A stretch of DNA of 63,439 bases, the filler included, from Stramenopiles sp. TOSAG23-3 (Eukaryota), in assembly GCA_900128585.1 (NCBI GenBank). It is 8 parts of 8 records of this genome, joined end to end, with 100 filler letters (N's around TTAATTAATTAA, not from the genome) between each part and the next. Parts side by side here need not be neighbours in the genome. Positions count along the whole stretch, not along the records: positions 50,176 to 60,100 come from LT642867.1; positions 60,201 to 61,770 come from LT645676.1; 6 more parts are not named here. The stretch is one strand, 5' to 3'. The first letter of the stretch is position 1, and every line of letters starts with the position of its first letter. The notes below the pieces were generated by a model. The model had not been told where the DNA came from, did not search any database, and saw only the letters and a list, made by a program, of their open reading frames with translations. Shown here one piece after another: positions 50,177 to 60,203 of this stretch. The position numbers and the translations under genes were made by a program.

Positions 50177-53100
50177 GCTGCGAGCGTGCGGGAAGAAATA
50201 GCAGAGAATTTAGAGCAAAAGTTGAAAGAGGTGTCGTCGAAGCCCCCCGCCGCGGTTGGAGACATATGCGATAAGGTGATGCAACGGTTTTTGTACGGGG
50301 AGAAGAACGTCGTGTACCACGATTGCTGGACGGCAATGATGTGGGTGACGGGAACGACTCTCTTTCCGAGCGATGAGCGGCGGCCACTTGCCACAGCCAC
50401 AAAACTATTTATGAAAGACTGTTTGGTTCCAATCGTAAAGCACTTGCTCGTGCAAGACGTCAATATAGGGTCGGAAGAAGCTTACCAGGTGTGCACAGCG
50501 ATAAAATGTTTTGTATATTTAACGGCTGTAGAGATAGAGCAAGGGGAAACCAGGTGCCTTGAGGCGATGGCGGCAATTTTGAACCCCGGGAAAAGCCTGT
50601 ACAAGCATATTGTTATGTACAGCGACAAGGAAAGGGACCCCTTCGCAAGCGTCCAGGGGAGGCAGCAGCCGAAGCTAGCAAGATCCGAGTATTGGCACAG
50701 CATCAACGCATTTCTGAGCATTGCGGCGCGAAGAAACGTGTATGGCTCCATCCAAACCTTGTTTGAGCAGAACGTGCACTGGATCGGCGTAAAAGCCACT
50801 GCCGATGCGTTCAGCACGATATACTTCTCTCGGCACGTTCTGGAGGGCGATTACGTGGCTAAGGTATGCGAGTGCGCAATTCAGGCGCTCGAAAAGGTGG
50901 ATCCAGACGAACTGATGCGACAGACGAACGGCGAGAAGGAGCATCTTGCAACGTTAATAAAGTATTTAGCGCGGCTAACCAATGGCAACGAGAGCACAAT
51001 GCTTCGATGGATGGACGGTGTTGTGTTAAAGTTGTTTCGGTCCAGCAATTTGCAGCAACGGATTTTTGCGGTGGAACAAATGGTCTGGTGGTCGCAGCAG
51101 ATTTCTACGGGCACGGCGGCCGAACAAAATGGGTGGTGCGACCATACCCTGTACGTTCGATGGCTGCGCCACAATAATGTGCTGGAGCAATTGTTTGAGT
51201 CAGATCGAATGCGGGTGGAAATTTTCAACCGGAGCACGAAACTGCTCCTGTACTTGGCGCACCGGTTGAGTGCAGGGGACGCCTCAGCTTTGGCAACGGA
51301 TGACCTGGCCATAATATGGAAATCGTGCCTCCAGCGCGATCATCGAATTGTTAAGTCAGTGTCGTTGTTGTTGATAGCCCTGATAAAAGAGTTGCCCGTC
51401 GAAACATCCCTTCCACTCTTTGGGTTCTGGGCCGAGTCCACCAACGATGACGTTCGTGAGCTGGTGACGCTTATGTCCTCCTTTTCCACGAACGACGACA
51501 ACTTGCTGGTTCTCTCTAGGAATCGAGTGTGCTCCGTCACGAGCCAAATTCTGTGGGGTCTAATTATGGGCACAAAGAACCGGGAGGCGGTCTCGGCCAG
51601 CGGCTTGGCTAGTTTGATCAAAACCCTTTGCGGAATTCTCAACTCTAGCGAGACTTCAGGCAACGACGAGATACTCAAACAGCGAACCTTTTGCTACCGA
51701 AAGTGCATAGCAAATGTGCTTCACCGGGACAAGGTCCATATTTCTTTGGACATATTGAAGGAAACAGTGATAGAAAATTCGTACATAAGCACCGCCAGCA
51801 GTAGGGTTTACGTTTCCCGTCTCAATGAAATAAACGAACTGTGCGTCGATATAAACAAAAGTGGCCCTGGGCTTTTTGATCGCCGAGAGGATGGACACAG
51901 CGGCAAAGTCCATGTGTCGTTGTTGGGAGTAATTCTTACGGCGATAAAGTGGAGCAAGCTGGACAGTAGGGTCAACAAAAAGAACACGCTGAAGCAGTTG
52001 CAATTTTTAGACGCTGTTGCGTGCCGGTCGGACGTCAAACTGGGGAAGCGGGAGCTGTACGATATCTGGATGTCATTGGACTCGCAAATCGGCAGACAAG
52101 CGCTATTTTCATGGCTGGGAGAAACGAAGTGGAGCAAGTACCCGGAGTTGGGAGCGTTTGAAGAAGAGGCCCGGGAGTATTTTTTTATTCACCTTCTGTG
52201 TGAAAAATCCGATTTCAGTAAAATGTCTTCTGAAAGTTACCAGTGCTTTTGTGAACACTTTGTCCGTTTAAATGACGACCACGTCGTTACTCATTTTGAC
52301 AACATCGAGGAGGTTTCGAAGCGGAACCTTTTGGGGAAAAAATACTTGTGGAATATAATGCTTTTGGCTCCAGAGAAAGTGTCATCCAAGGCAATGAAGT
52401 TTTTCCTCCAACTATTCCATGCCTTGAAAAAGGACAAGGACACCGAAAGACTGACAATAATGGAAGAGTTTTTAAGATTCGTCAACGAGGATACGGATGG
52501 GTCCGACCCAGCAGAAAGGACCCGATTGCATAGATGTTTTCGATTGTTGCAGCAAATGGTGAAAGAGGACAGAGACAGCTCAGACGGTGGCGGGGTCATG
52601 CGGTCGCACTCGGAGACTGGAAGGGGAGAGCCCCTTCGCATCACCGTGAGCGCAGCCCCAAAAAACAGTGATGGTGGCCTGCCACTAAAGGCCGAAGCGA
52701 CCAAGTTGTCTGCCACGGCGAGCAGTGGGGCCACATTGGACAACCTGGACCAGAAAGGCAATATCGAGTTCACGATTGAGACGCACACAAATGCAGTTCT
52801 TTGGGAAGTCCGAAAAAATATATCGTTGCTGTTGGCTCAAAAATCAGCGCAGCTTCAAATCAATAGTGGCATACCAAGCGTGATTGATGACGAGGATTAC
52901 AAACGCCTAAAGATGTCAGTTCGTGGGAATGTGCTGAATGGCAGGAACGTGCTGTTGGGATGGACATCGTTGGAAGATGGAGATAGCATTGACGTTGAGA
53001 TGGTTCTGTTCGACCAGGAAAAAGCCGGCAAGTCGCCCATTGGTCGAAGTAATTTGAGAGTGCTCTCATCTTTAAAATCTAGATCAACTTCGCCCATTGA

Positions 53101-56100
53101 TCTGACAGATTACGACGGCAGCACTTTCCGTGTGGAAGACAGCAGTACATCTTCTCAATCGAAGTTTGGAACGAAGATGTCTAACATATTACGGAACAAC
53201 AATGATTTCTACAACAGGACAATTAGATTAGTTTTGAAGGCAAAACATTCAGACCACGGCTCGAGTTGGCAGGATAGGCTGTGGGGCTACCTTGTGGAAG
53301 CTCCAGCGTGGGAAAAAGTTGCAGAAGTGATTGAAGCGAAGCGAACGTGGGAGAATTTTTACGACGAGATCCGGGAGTACCCTTACAGAGCGTACTTTGT
53401 GATGGCAATGCATGCTAGACTGATTCCTGCATATGATGGCGATTTCGGCCAGGCCGTCTCCTGGCGACGACAATTTGTGGCTAGGGGAGGGTTTTTGTTT
53501 TTGCTTGATTTTTTTATGTCTCACACAGGGCACGAGACTGGCAATATGCGTCGTTGCGGTTTGTCAACGGCCTTGAAGTGCGTAAAGTTCCTCGTCCTTG
53601 GGGCTGTTCAGGCCACGGGCACTGGAGGATCGTCAACGCCTTCGAAGGCATCGTCCAATGCCAGCAAGAGCTTCATTAGCCCGCCACGGATTGGAAAAAT
53701 GTTTGAAGAAGATGCCATAACCCCTCTGAGAACGTTTTCTGCGGAGACCGCGAACAAAATTCGAGACACTCTGGAAGAACAAGACTTCTTTCTGAAGCTC
53801 GCCAGTATCTCGATAAACCTCCATCAGCGGGAGTCCCCCCAAAATCGCAAAAAATCGGGAGGAATGGTTGTCCTTAACGCTCTCCATGCAATGGAAGAGT
53901 TAATTCGTGGAATGCCAGAGATGGCACACAGTTTTTCAGAGTTGGCCATAAAACATAAAATTATCGAATTGGCCATTCACAGCAGCTCAGAATTGCACAG
54001 AAAGGCCGCGTCTGCTGTCATCAAATCGTTGTGGCAAAGTTTTCTCGTGCTTGAAAGAGAGCAGGAAGGCACCGCGCCAATTTTAGGACACACGCTGAGC
54101 TGTGCAATCCAGGAAAACATATCATCGCTAAACGGCAGTTCAAACGGGAGGTATTTGGAGTTATCGCAAGCCGTCGAGTTTCACATTAGGCAGTGCATCT
54201 CTGGAAACAGCCAGGACGAAAAGCGTAGAAACTGGAATTTGGCGCTGGAAACTCTGCTGTACACACTGCCTAATGATAGCAGTGATAGAGATGGCACAGT
54301 GTCCGAGTCTCGGTGTTTTGATCCTGCCAACAGCATGCGAAAAGAGAACATTTTGAGTGGTATTTTGTCTAATTTGGTGGCTCTAACGTCCACTTCCGAC
54401 TCAAACGTCGCAAACGTGGGCTTGCTGCGATTCATTGTCCAGCGGTGCTTATTTTACGTTCCTAAAGAGCGCAAGGATACCGGCCGGGCGCTCTGTCGCA
54501 CTGGGAAAACAAGAGCCTTGGCGTTCCATTTACTAAATTCCAACAGCAGAGACAGTGGGGTGCGAGAAGACGTCTTTGTGAATATTTATAGCTTGTATGA
54601 GTCTTTGCAGGAACAAGAATCTTTTCTTTCGTTACCTGCATCGATGCGGTGGAAATACGACCCGTCCGACGCGGAATTAAAACCCCACGGCTTCTGCGGG
54701 CTGACAAACCAGGGGGCCACGTGCTACATGAACTCCTTGCTCCAACAGTTTTTTATGTGTGACAAAATTCGCGAAGGGGTTTTGGCAGCCGAATTTGACG
54801 AAGACGTTCAGCCAGACAATGTCACGTCGATTTTGAAGGAGTTGAAACGCGCATTCACATTTTTGCAAAACAGTGAATCAAAAAGTTTCAACACGACAGC
54901 TTTTGTGGAAAGCTGTCGGCCGTTGGGCCTGACGAACGACATTTTATCGCAAAACGACACCGCTGAATTTTGCGACAAGTTGGTCGATTGCTTGGAAGTT
55001 GTCCTCAAGGGTACTTGGAAAGTTTTTTCCGGCCTTGTCATGCACGAAACAGACTTTGTTGGAGTACAATACCGCTCCGAAAGGGAGCAACCCTTCATAT
55101 TTTTGCCGTTGCCGATCGTGGGGACCCCTGTTGCGACCCTTGAAAAGTCACTACAAGAATTTGTTAAGGCAGAAAAGATGGACGGAGAGAATCAAGTGGA
55201 GTGCGAAGAAGCGGGGAACAGAAAGTTCGATGCTTTTCGAAGGGACTGGGTGTCCCAGTTGCCAGAGCTTTTGATAGTGCATTTGAAGCGGTGGCAACTG
55301 GACTATCAGACATTCGCCATGAAAAAAATAAATAGCCGATGTGAATTTCCCATGGAGTTGGACATGATGCCGTACGTCAAGCAGCGGGGGTCCAGCTCTG
55401 CCCCTCGCGACGATGAGGCAAGCTACAAGTACGCATTGTCGGGCATTTTGGTCCACCGTGGCCCAGCAGGGGGCGGGCATTATTTCTCAATAATTAAAGA
55501 CAGGGCTTCTGGCAAGTGGTACAAGTTCAACGACGAGACGGTGGTTGAGTTCCAGGCGGGCAGAATCGACGCTGCTTCATTTGGACGAAGCAACGGGGAC
55601 CAGAGTGCTTACATGCTTTTTTACGACAGATTGAACCGAAGTTGGCCAGGCCAGACGGGCAGCGAGTCGCGCATAATCAACAAAGGCGTTGTCCCTGACA
55701 GTTGCACCTCGTTCCAGGCTCGACTGGACACCGAAATGTCCAATTACAACGCTTCGTTTATCCAGCGTCAGTTTTTGTACGACCCGGAACTCGCGAAATT
55801 TCTATACAACGACATGAACGCTTTTGATTATGATATTGACGACAAGAAAATGGCCCTGGCCTTCTTCATGGATGTTTTGGCACGTTCGTACCACACCACT
55901 ATACTAGCACAGTTTGTAGAATGTTTGGTAAGGCACTTGCGCTCCGACGAGCAGTTGTCATCCTGGGTGTTGAAACAGTTCTGTAATACCAGCGCCCAGG
56001 ACTGGGGAGGCAGCTGGCTGGACGGTTTGGTCGAGTGTTCCGAGAAATCAAAGAGGCACGCAACAGGGCGAATCATACGGACTGCTGTATCTACGTGCGC

Positions 56101-57454
56101 GAAGGCCGCGGGCAAGTTGGAGCAAGGCTCCGACATGTATGGCCATGTCAATTTATTTTGCGGTATCTTTATGAACATGATGTGGAAGGTTGCAAAGAAG
56201 TGGCGCCAGAGCACCGAGTACTTTGATTGCCTTCGACAAATCGCCAAACAAAAGCTGTGCGCGCAGCTGTTTGTTGAGACCGGAGCAATTCCCCGGTTGG
56301 TTCACTACTTTCTTGGCAGTGAAAGCACGAACACCGATTTCCCTCCTCTGTTGTCTTGGGAATCGGCATCGAGCTCCTGGGGATACGCGACCGAGCCGCC
56401 CGATCGCACGCTTCCCTTAAAGGTTCTGGTGTCGCTCTCTGAATACGCCCAAGGGCAAATGTTAGGTGACGTTAACGATACTGACATGTTGAGATGTGGC
56501 GATGCGTTTTACAAGTACGCCGTGGATTTGTTTGACGGGGGTACGGCGCCGTTTCGCCTTATCGAACGCATAGCATCGACGGAGGGCATCGTGCTGGAAG
56601 ATTTGAAGCAGAAACTGTTCATTGGCAAGCTTGCCTGCGAGGGCGAATCCAACAGTATCACATTCGGGTCCAAAGAGATGTACACAGGGTCCATGTATGC
56701 CATCGCCACAATCTTTGTGATGAACCACGAGGTGCCCATTGATGGCATTGTGACCTCCGCACGTTTGTGCATCACAAACCACAGAGAGCGACCATCGACA
56801 AAAGCAAGCTGCGACTACGAAGTGTGTGTTTACGAAAAGGCAAATCGGGAAAGGGACCCTATTTGTTTTGACGACGGCACGAAGCTGACAGTGAAGTACA
56901 TCGGAAAGGAAGAGGTTCGGACGTTTGAGCCCGGGCACAGGGTGTCGGCCATGAAAATTGATGCTACGACGGGTGATATGGGAGATTTCGAAAACGGAAT
57001 GATCAAAGAGGTCGACCCCGAGTCAGGAACGTACACGGTTTATTTCGACGACACCACGGTTGCCCCTAATGTCATCGGTGATTTTATCAGTGCATCGGCT
57101 GCCCCGTTCCCGGAAGATCGACAGTGTTTCACTATTGTGGCTCGGCGCAGCATAGACGTGGACGTTCGAAAGGCTGAAGTCCAGGAATTTTTTGACCTGG
57201 ACATGCCGGTGAAAAAAGGCCAGTACATTGGCATTGTTAATCACATCGACAAGCTATGGCTCTCTTGGGAGCAGCAGTGGAAGTCAAGCGACGAATTTCA
57301 CTTCAAGAACTGGTACACAACGAAGTATACTGCTACGAAAAAAAGTAATTCTCGACAGGAAGGGAGCACCGTGATGAACTTGAGGATGTCCACGTCAAGG
57401 CCTCAGTACTCGGTGAAAATTGTAAGTTTGGCTGAGAGGAAGAAAGTCACGTAA
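50177..57454 (+). CDS. Large ubiquitin-specific protease, USP9/24/34-like; 5'-truncated
   Basis: Cys box GLTNQGATCYMNSLLQQ, QNDTAEF, His box LSGILVHRG...GGHYFS, WYKFNDETV, SAYMLFY; helical N-terminus and UBL-like segment; frame open to the contig edge. Confidence 0.95.
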   Translation, partial: AASVREEIAENLEQKLKEVSSKPPAAVGDICDKVMQRFLYGEKNVVYHDCWTAMMWVTGTTLFPSDERRPLATATKLFMKDCLVPIVKHLLVQDVNIGSEEAYQVCTAIKCFVYLTAVEIEQGETRCLEAMAAILNPGKSLYKHIVMYSDKERDPFASVQGRQQPKLARSEYWHSINAFLSIAARRNVYGSIQTLFEQNVHWIGVKATADAFSTIYFSRHVLEGDYVAKVCECAIQALEKVDPDELMRQTNGEKEHLATLIKYLARLTNGNESTMLRWMDGVVLKLFRSSNLQQRIFAVEQMVWWSQQISTGTAAEQNGWCDHTLYVRWLRHNNVLEQLFESDRMRVEIFNRSTKLLLYLAHRLSAGDASALATDDLAIIWKSCLQRDHRIVKSVSLLLIALIKELPVETSLPLFGFWAESTNDDVRELVTLMSSFSTNDDNLLVLSRNRVCSVTSQILWGLIMGTKNREAVSASGLASLIKTLCGILNSSETSGNDEILKQRTFCYRKCIANVLHRDKVHISLDILKETVIENSYISTASSRVYVSRLNEINELCVDINKSGPGLFDRREDGHSGKVHVSLLGVILTAIKWSKLDSRVNKKNTLKQLQFLDAVACRSDVKLGKRELYDIWMSLDSQIGRQALFSWLGETKWSKYPELGAFEEEAREYFFIHLLCEKSDFSKMSSESYQCFCEHFVRLNDDHVVTHFDNIEEVSKRNLLGKKYLWNIMLLAPEKVSSKAMKFFLQLFHALKKDKDTERLTIMEEFLRFVNEDTDGSDPAERTRLHRCFRLLQQMVKEDRDSSDGGGVMRSHSETGRGEPLRITVSAAPKNSDGGLPLKAEATKLSATASSGATLDNLDQKGNIEFTIETHTNAVLWEVRKNISLLLAQKSAQLQINSGIPSVIDDEDYKRLKMSVRGNVLNGRNVLLGWTSLEDGDSIDVEMVLFDQEKAGKSPIGRSNLRVLSSLKSRSTSPIDLTDYDGSTFRVEDSSTSSQSKFGTKMSNILRNNNDFYNRTIRLVLKAKHSDHGSSWQDRLWGYLVEAPAWEKVAEVIEAKRTWENFYDEIREYPYRAYFVMAMHARLIPAYDGDFGQAVSWRRQFVARGGFLFLLDFFMSHTGHETGNMRRCGLSTALKCVKFLVLGAVQATGTGGSSTPSKASSNASKSFISPPRIGKMFEEDAITPLRTFSAETANKIRDTLEEQDFFLKLASISINLHQRESPQNRKKSGGMVVLNALHAMEELIRGMPEMAHSFSELAIKHKIIELAIHSSSELHRKAASAVIKSLWQSFLVLEREQEGTAPILGHTLSCAIQENISSLNGSSNGRYLELSQAVEFHIRQCISGNSQDEKRRNWNLALETLLYTLPNDSSDRDGTVSESRCFDPANSMRKENILSGILSNLVALTSTSDSNVANVGLLRFIVQRCLFYVPKERKDTGRALCRTGKTRALAFHLLNSNSRDSGVREDVFVNIYSLYESLQEQESFLSLPASMRWKYDPSDAELKPHGFCGLTNQGATCYMNSLLQQFFMCDKIREGVLAAEFDEDVQPDNVTSILKELKRAFTFLQNSESKSFNTTAFVESCRPLGLTNDILSQNDTAEFCDKLVDCLEVVLKGTWKVFSGLVMHETDFVGVQYRSEREQPFIFLPLPIVGTPVATLEKSLQEFVKAEKMDGENQVECEEAGNRKFDAFRRDWVSQLPELLIVHLKRWQLDYQTFAMKKINSRCEFPMELDMMPYVKQRGSSSAPRDDEASYKYALSGILVHRGPAGGGHYFSIIKDRASGKWYKFNDETVVEFQAGRIDAASFGRSNGDQSAYMLFYDRLNRSWPGQTGSESRIINKGVVPDSCTSFQARLDTEMSNYNASFIQRQFLYDPELAKFLYNDMNAFDYDIDDKKMALAFFMDVLARSYHTTILAQFVECLVRHLRSDEQLSSWVLKQFCNTSAQDWGGSWLDGLVECSEKSKRHATGRIIRTAVSTCAKAAGKLEQGSDMYGHVNLFCGIFMNMMWKVAKKWRQSTEYFDCLRQIAKQKLCAQLFVETGAIPRLVHYFLGSESTNTDFPPLLSWESASSSWGYATEPPDRTLPLKVLVSLSEYAQGQMLGDVNDTDMLRCGDAFYKYAVDLFDGGTAPFRLIERIASTEGIVLEDLKQKLFIGKLACEGESNSITFGSKEMYTGSMYAIATIFVMNHEVPIDGIVTSARLCITNHRERPSTKASCDYEVCVYEKANRERDPICFDDGTKLTVKYIGKEEVRTFEPGHRVSAMKIDATTGDMGDFENGMIKEVDPESGTYTVYFDDTTVAPNVIGDFISASAAPFPEDRQCFTIVARRSIDVDVRKAEVQEFFDLDMPVKKGQYIGIVNHIDKLWLSWEQQWKSSDEFHFKNWYTTKYTATKKSNSRQEGSTVMNLRMSTSRPQYSVKIVSLAERKKVT

Positions 57455-57550
57455 GATAAAACACAAGAAAATTGGCTGTTATTTAAGTAATTAAAATTAA
57501 TGTACTGCGAACTGAACTCTGACATTCGAGGTTTACATTCCTTCATGTAA
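57452..57550 (+). repeat. 3'-end element copy overlapping the USP stop codon
   Basis: TAAGATAAAACACAAGAAAATTGGCTGTTATTTAAGTAATTAAAATTAATGTACTGCGAACTGAACTCT. Confidence 0.92.
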
Positions 57551-57726
57551 GATATTGACTTTTTAAGATAATCGTAAAGATCTAAATAAACATCAGCACA
57601 TATTAATATTTTTTGTTTTTCATAAAACATTAAATCGCTTTCTTATACGCATTTTGATTTTTTTAAATAAAAGAGTGATAGACAACCAACAACGAAACAA
57701 AATTACAGAACCAGTTTAGGTTTAGG

Positions 57727-57838
57727 GTAAGAGGAATGCTAAATTTAATTACTTAATAAATGAAGCTAAATTTAATTACTTAAATAACAGCCAATTTTCT
57801 TGTTTTTAAAATAAATAACAGCCAATTTTCTTGTTTTT
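57727..57838 (-). repeat. Tandem 3'-end element copies downstream of the kinesin gene
   Basis: TAAATAACAGCCAATTTTCTTGTTTTTA twice (57781, 57812) and GCTAAATTTAATTACTTAA twice. Confidence 0.92.
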
Positions 57839-57916
57839 AGAGTGAATGGTATTTAATGACGACTTAAAATATCTCTTTTTACATCTTGAGGTACGTTCTC
57901 TTTCACACTCCCCCCT

Positions 57917-60100
57917 TCACTCTTCAACGAACGCGCGCCTTCGCACCATAAGATTTGTACGACGCTTCACCAGGTCTTCATAAATCTTAAGAGAAGTTCC
58001 TCCACCACCGGCCTTCTTCTTCAACCTTTCTATGCCCATTTCACAGCTGGACAATGCCGAGTCAATTGCTTCAAGCGCTTTCCCTTTGCTTGCCACTGCA
58101 TTTCTTGTGACGTTGGTAATCATACTACATCTTTCTCCAAAGTACAGTGCTTGCAGTGTTTCTGCCGCGTGCTCATCGTCCATTCTGCAGGTGACAATGG
58201 CCGAGGTGACACTGTTTCCCCCAAATGCCCCTCGCAACAGTGTCGTTAGACTACTCTCGAAATACGGCACATGACTTTTTTCCTCCACTAAGCTTTTTAT
58301 CACTTTCCCAAGGACCATCAACGAACTGTTGATTCCAATGGCCTCCCCCCTTTTTTTCCCCACAACCTTACTCTTTTTAATCCGCTCGCTCCCGGCCAAG
58401 TCAACCATTTGCAGCTGGGATGTCAGAAGCTCATCAGTGCCTGGCCGGGTTTGGTTGATGCTTACGATTAGGACCGTGTGCGCTCGACTCGATCGATGGT
58501 TCATTGCCGTTTCAGCGTAGTGCTTGTACTGCTCGCCAGTCTTTAAGATATCAAAAAAATCAGAAATGTTCTCCACAAAGTGCTGTGAACTGCCTGCAAG
58601 CGCACCATTGCTCTTTATTAGGCGCACCGGGTTCCCTGAGGTGAGATCGAACACCTTGTTGTTGTATATTTGGACGTACTGCACGCTCACATTCATGCGG
58701 ATTTCTTCCTGCCGCGTCACCATGCTGTCAAAGATGTCTGTCATTGCTCGGATGGCAATCCCGCACTTTGTCAACCGCGCACCGGCTTGAATCTCGTTAT
58801 GAGTGGTCTGTTCCCAGCCTTCTCCCCCAAAGATCGTGTAGGTTTTCCCACTGCCCGTTTGTCCGTAAGTAAGAAGGCTTGCGTTGAACCCGTTTAGCGC
58901 TGCCATGACCACGTGCCGCCCTGTCTGTAAATAAAGCGTTTGCTGCCCCGTGTTTCCGTCGTAGCATCTCGAGAACGTGAACGGGCGCAGGCCTGCTCCT
59001 GGAACGTACATTGATACCCTGTTAGGCTTGACTCCAATGACCCTAGGGAGTTCCTTGTGTCTTTTTGGTCCACTAGACACGTTTCGCTTTCGTCCCGCGG
59101 AAAGTATTGAATCTCCCGTGCTCTTGGATCGTCTGTCTCCCGGGACGGACGGAAGTTCTTCCCCGTTTCCTTCTCGGTTCAAAATTTGCCCATTGTTTTC
59201 GTCCGTCGCAATAGAACGATTGAAGTGGTGACCCGCAGAACCGTTTACCGACCTGTGCGTCTCAGGGCGATGCTGGGCCTGGCGCTCGCTTTTGATTTCT
59301 GCCAGCTCTGTGGCCCGGGAAAGACGCTCTGCTTCGACCAGCGCCTCCACGATTTCTGCGGTCAGTTCAGACCCCTCTTGGTCTGCCATTGTCGCGACAG
59401 CGCCGACACTGACCCTGACGTCATTTGGTTGGTTCTTGGTCTTTTCCCGGTGCGCCTCAATGTCACTCCTCATTTTTGGGCATTCCGCCAGCACTTCGGG
59501 GCGGAGTGGCGTGCCGTCAAACGGGTCTTGCGCCTGTACCAAAAGGCAGCGTAAGGCAGTCTTTCGGTCCATGAACTTTCCGGATGAGGGTAGCTGGACG
59601 GGGTCGTTCATCAAAACCCCCGTGAGGGCGTCTTTCCACTCCTCTTTGGCTTGGACCGGCCCACCAAGCGCGGGCATTGCCGACTTTGAGGCCCGGCGCA
59701 TCTTGAGGAATTGGTGAAGGGGCAGTTGAAGCCCCCCTTTGCTTTTCGTCCCTGGGCGGAAACGAGCGGCTACTTCAATGTTGAACGAGGACGAGCTGGT
59801 CTCTTCGCCATACCCTGCTGTCCATTTGTTGCGTGCTGGCCAGAGATTGGCGTGGAAAAACTTTTTCCAGCTGAGCACCGGCCCAGACCGTTCGACGGGC
59901 ATGTAAAGCCCGTTGGTCTTTGCCAGAGAGTAGCATGCCGAGTACCACGTCGCCGCCTCGTTATTTTCGAACAACTCGGAAGTTTCTTTGGATAGAAATT
60001 TAAAAAGGCCCAGCATGTCCTGTATCGGGCACATGGTCAGAAAGTTCGCGTGCGTAAATACACGAACAAAACTACTGTTCAAAAGCGCGTTGCGCTGTGG
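57917..60100 (-). CDS. Kinesin motor protein with internal U-box and F-box-like N-terminus; possibly 5'-truncated
   Basis: IEVAARFRP, GFNASLLTYGQTGSGKTYT, NHRSSRAH, VDLAGSE, HVPYFESSLTTLL; U-box pattern DALTGVLMNDPVQLPSSGKFMDR...DPFDGTPL; frame open to the contig edge. Confidence 0.93.
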   Translation of the reverse strand, partial: PQRNALLNSSFVRVFTHANFLTMCPIQDMLGLFKFLSKETSELFENNEAATWYSACYSLAKTNGLYMPVERSGPVLSWKKFFHANLWPARNKWTAGYGEETSSSSFNIEVAARFRPGTKSKGGLQLPLHQFLKMRRASKSAMPALGGPVQAKEEWKDALTGVLMNDPVQLPSSGKFMDRKTALRCLLVQAQDPFDGTPLRPEVLAECPKMRSDIEAHREKTKNQPNDVRVSVGAVATMADQEGSELTAEIVEALVEAERLSRATELAEIKSERQAQHRPETHRSVNGSAGHHFNRSIATDENNGQILNREGNGEELPSVPGDRRSKSTGDSILSAGRKRNVSSGPKRHKELPRVIGVKPNRVSMYVPGAGLRPFTFSRCYDGNTGQQTLYLQTGRHVVMAALNGFNASLLTYGQTGSGKTYTIFGGEGWEQTTHNEIQAGARLTKCGIAIRAMTDIFDSMVTRQEEIRMNVSVQYVQIYNNKVFDLTSGNPVRLIKSNGALAGSSQHFVENISDFFDILKTGEQYKHYAETAMNHRSSRAHTVLIVSINQTRPGTDELLTSQLQMVDLAGSERIKKSKVVGKKRGEAIGINSSLMVLGKVIKSLVEEKSHVPYFESSLTTLLRGAFGGNSVTSAIVTCRMDDEHAAETLQALYFGERCSMITNVTRNAVASKGKALEAIDSALSSCEMGIERLKKKAGGGGTSLKIYEDLVKRRTNLMVRRRAFVEE

Positions 60101-60200
60101 NNNNNNNNNNNNNNNNNNNNNNNNNNNNNNNNNNNNNNNNNNNNTTAATTAATTAANNNNNNNNNNNNNNNNNNNNNNNNNNNNNNNNNNNNNNNNNNNN
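60101..60200. other. Artificial contig linker
   Basis: 44N-TTAATTAATTAA-44N. Confidence 0.98.
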
Positions 60201-60203
60201 GGG

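Noticed and set aside
57714-57727. TTTAGG-TTTAGGG telomere-like words
   Set aside because: Only two imperfect internal units; expected by chance in AT-rich DNA.
57781-57838. Near-identical 28-bp direct repeats as a CRISPR-like array
   Set aside because: Two units 3 bp apart with no spacers and no cas genes; tandem copies of the 3' element.
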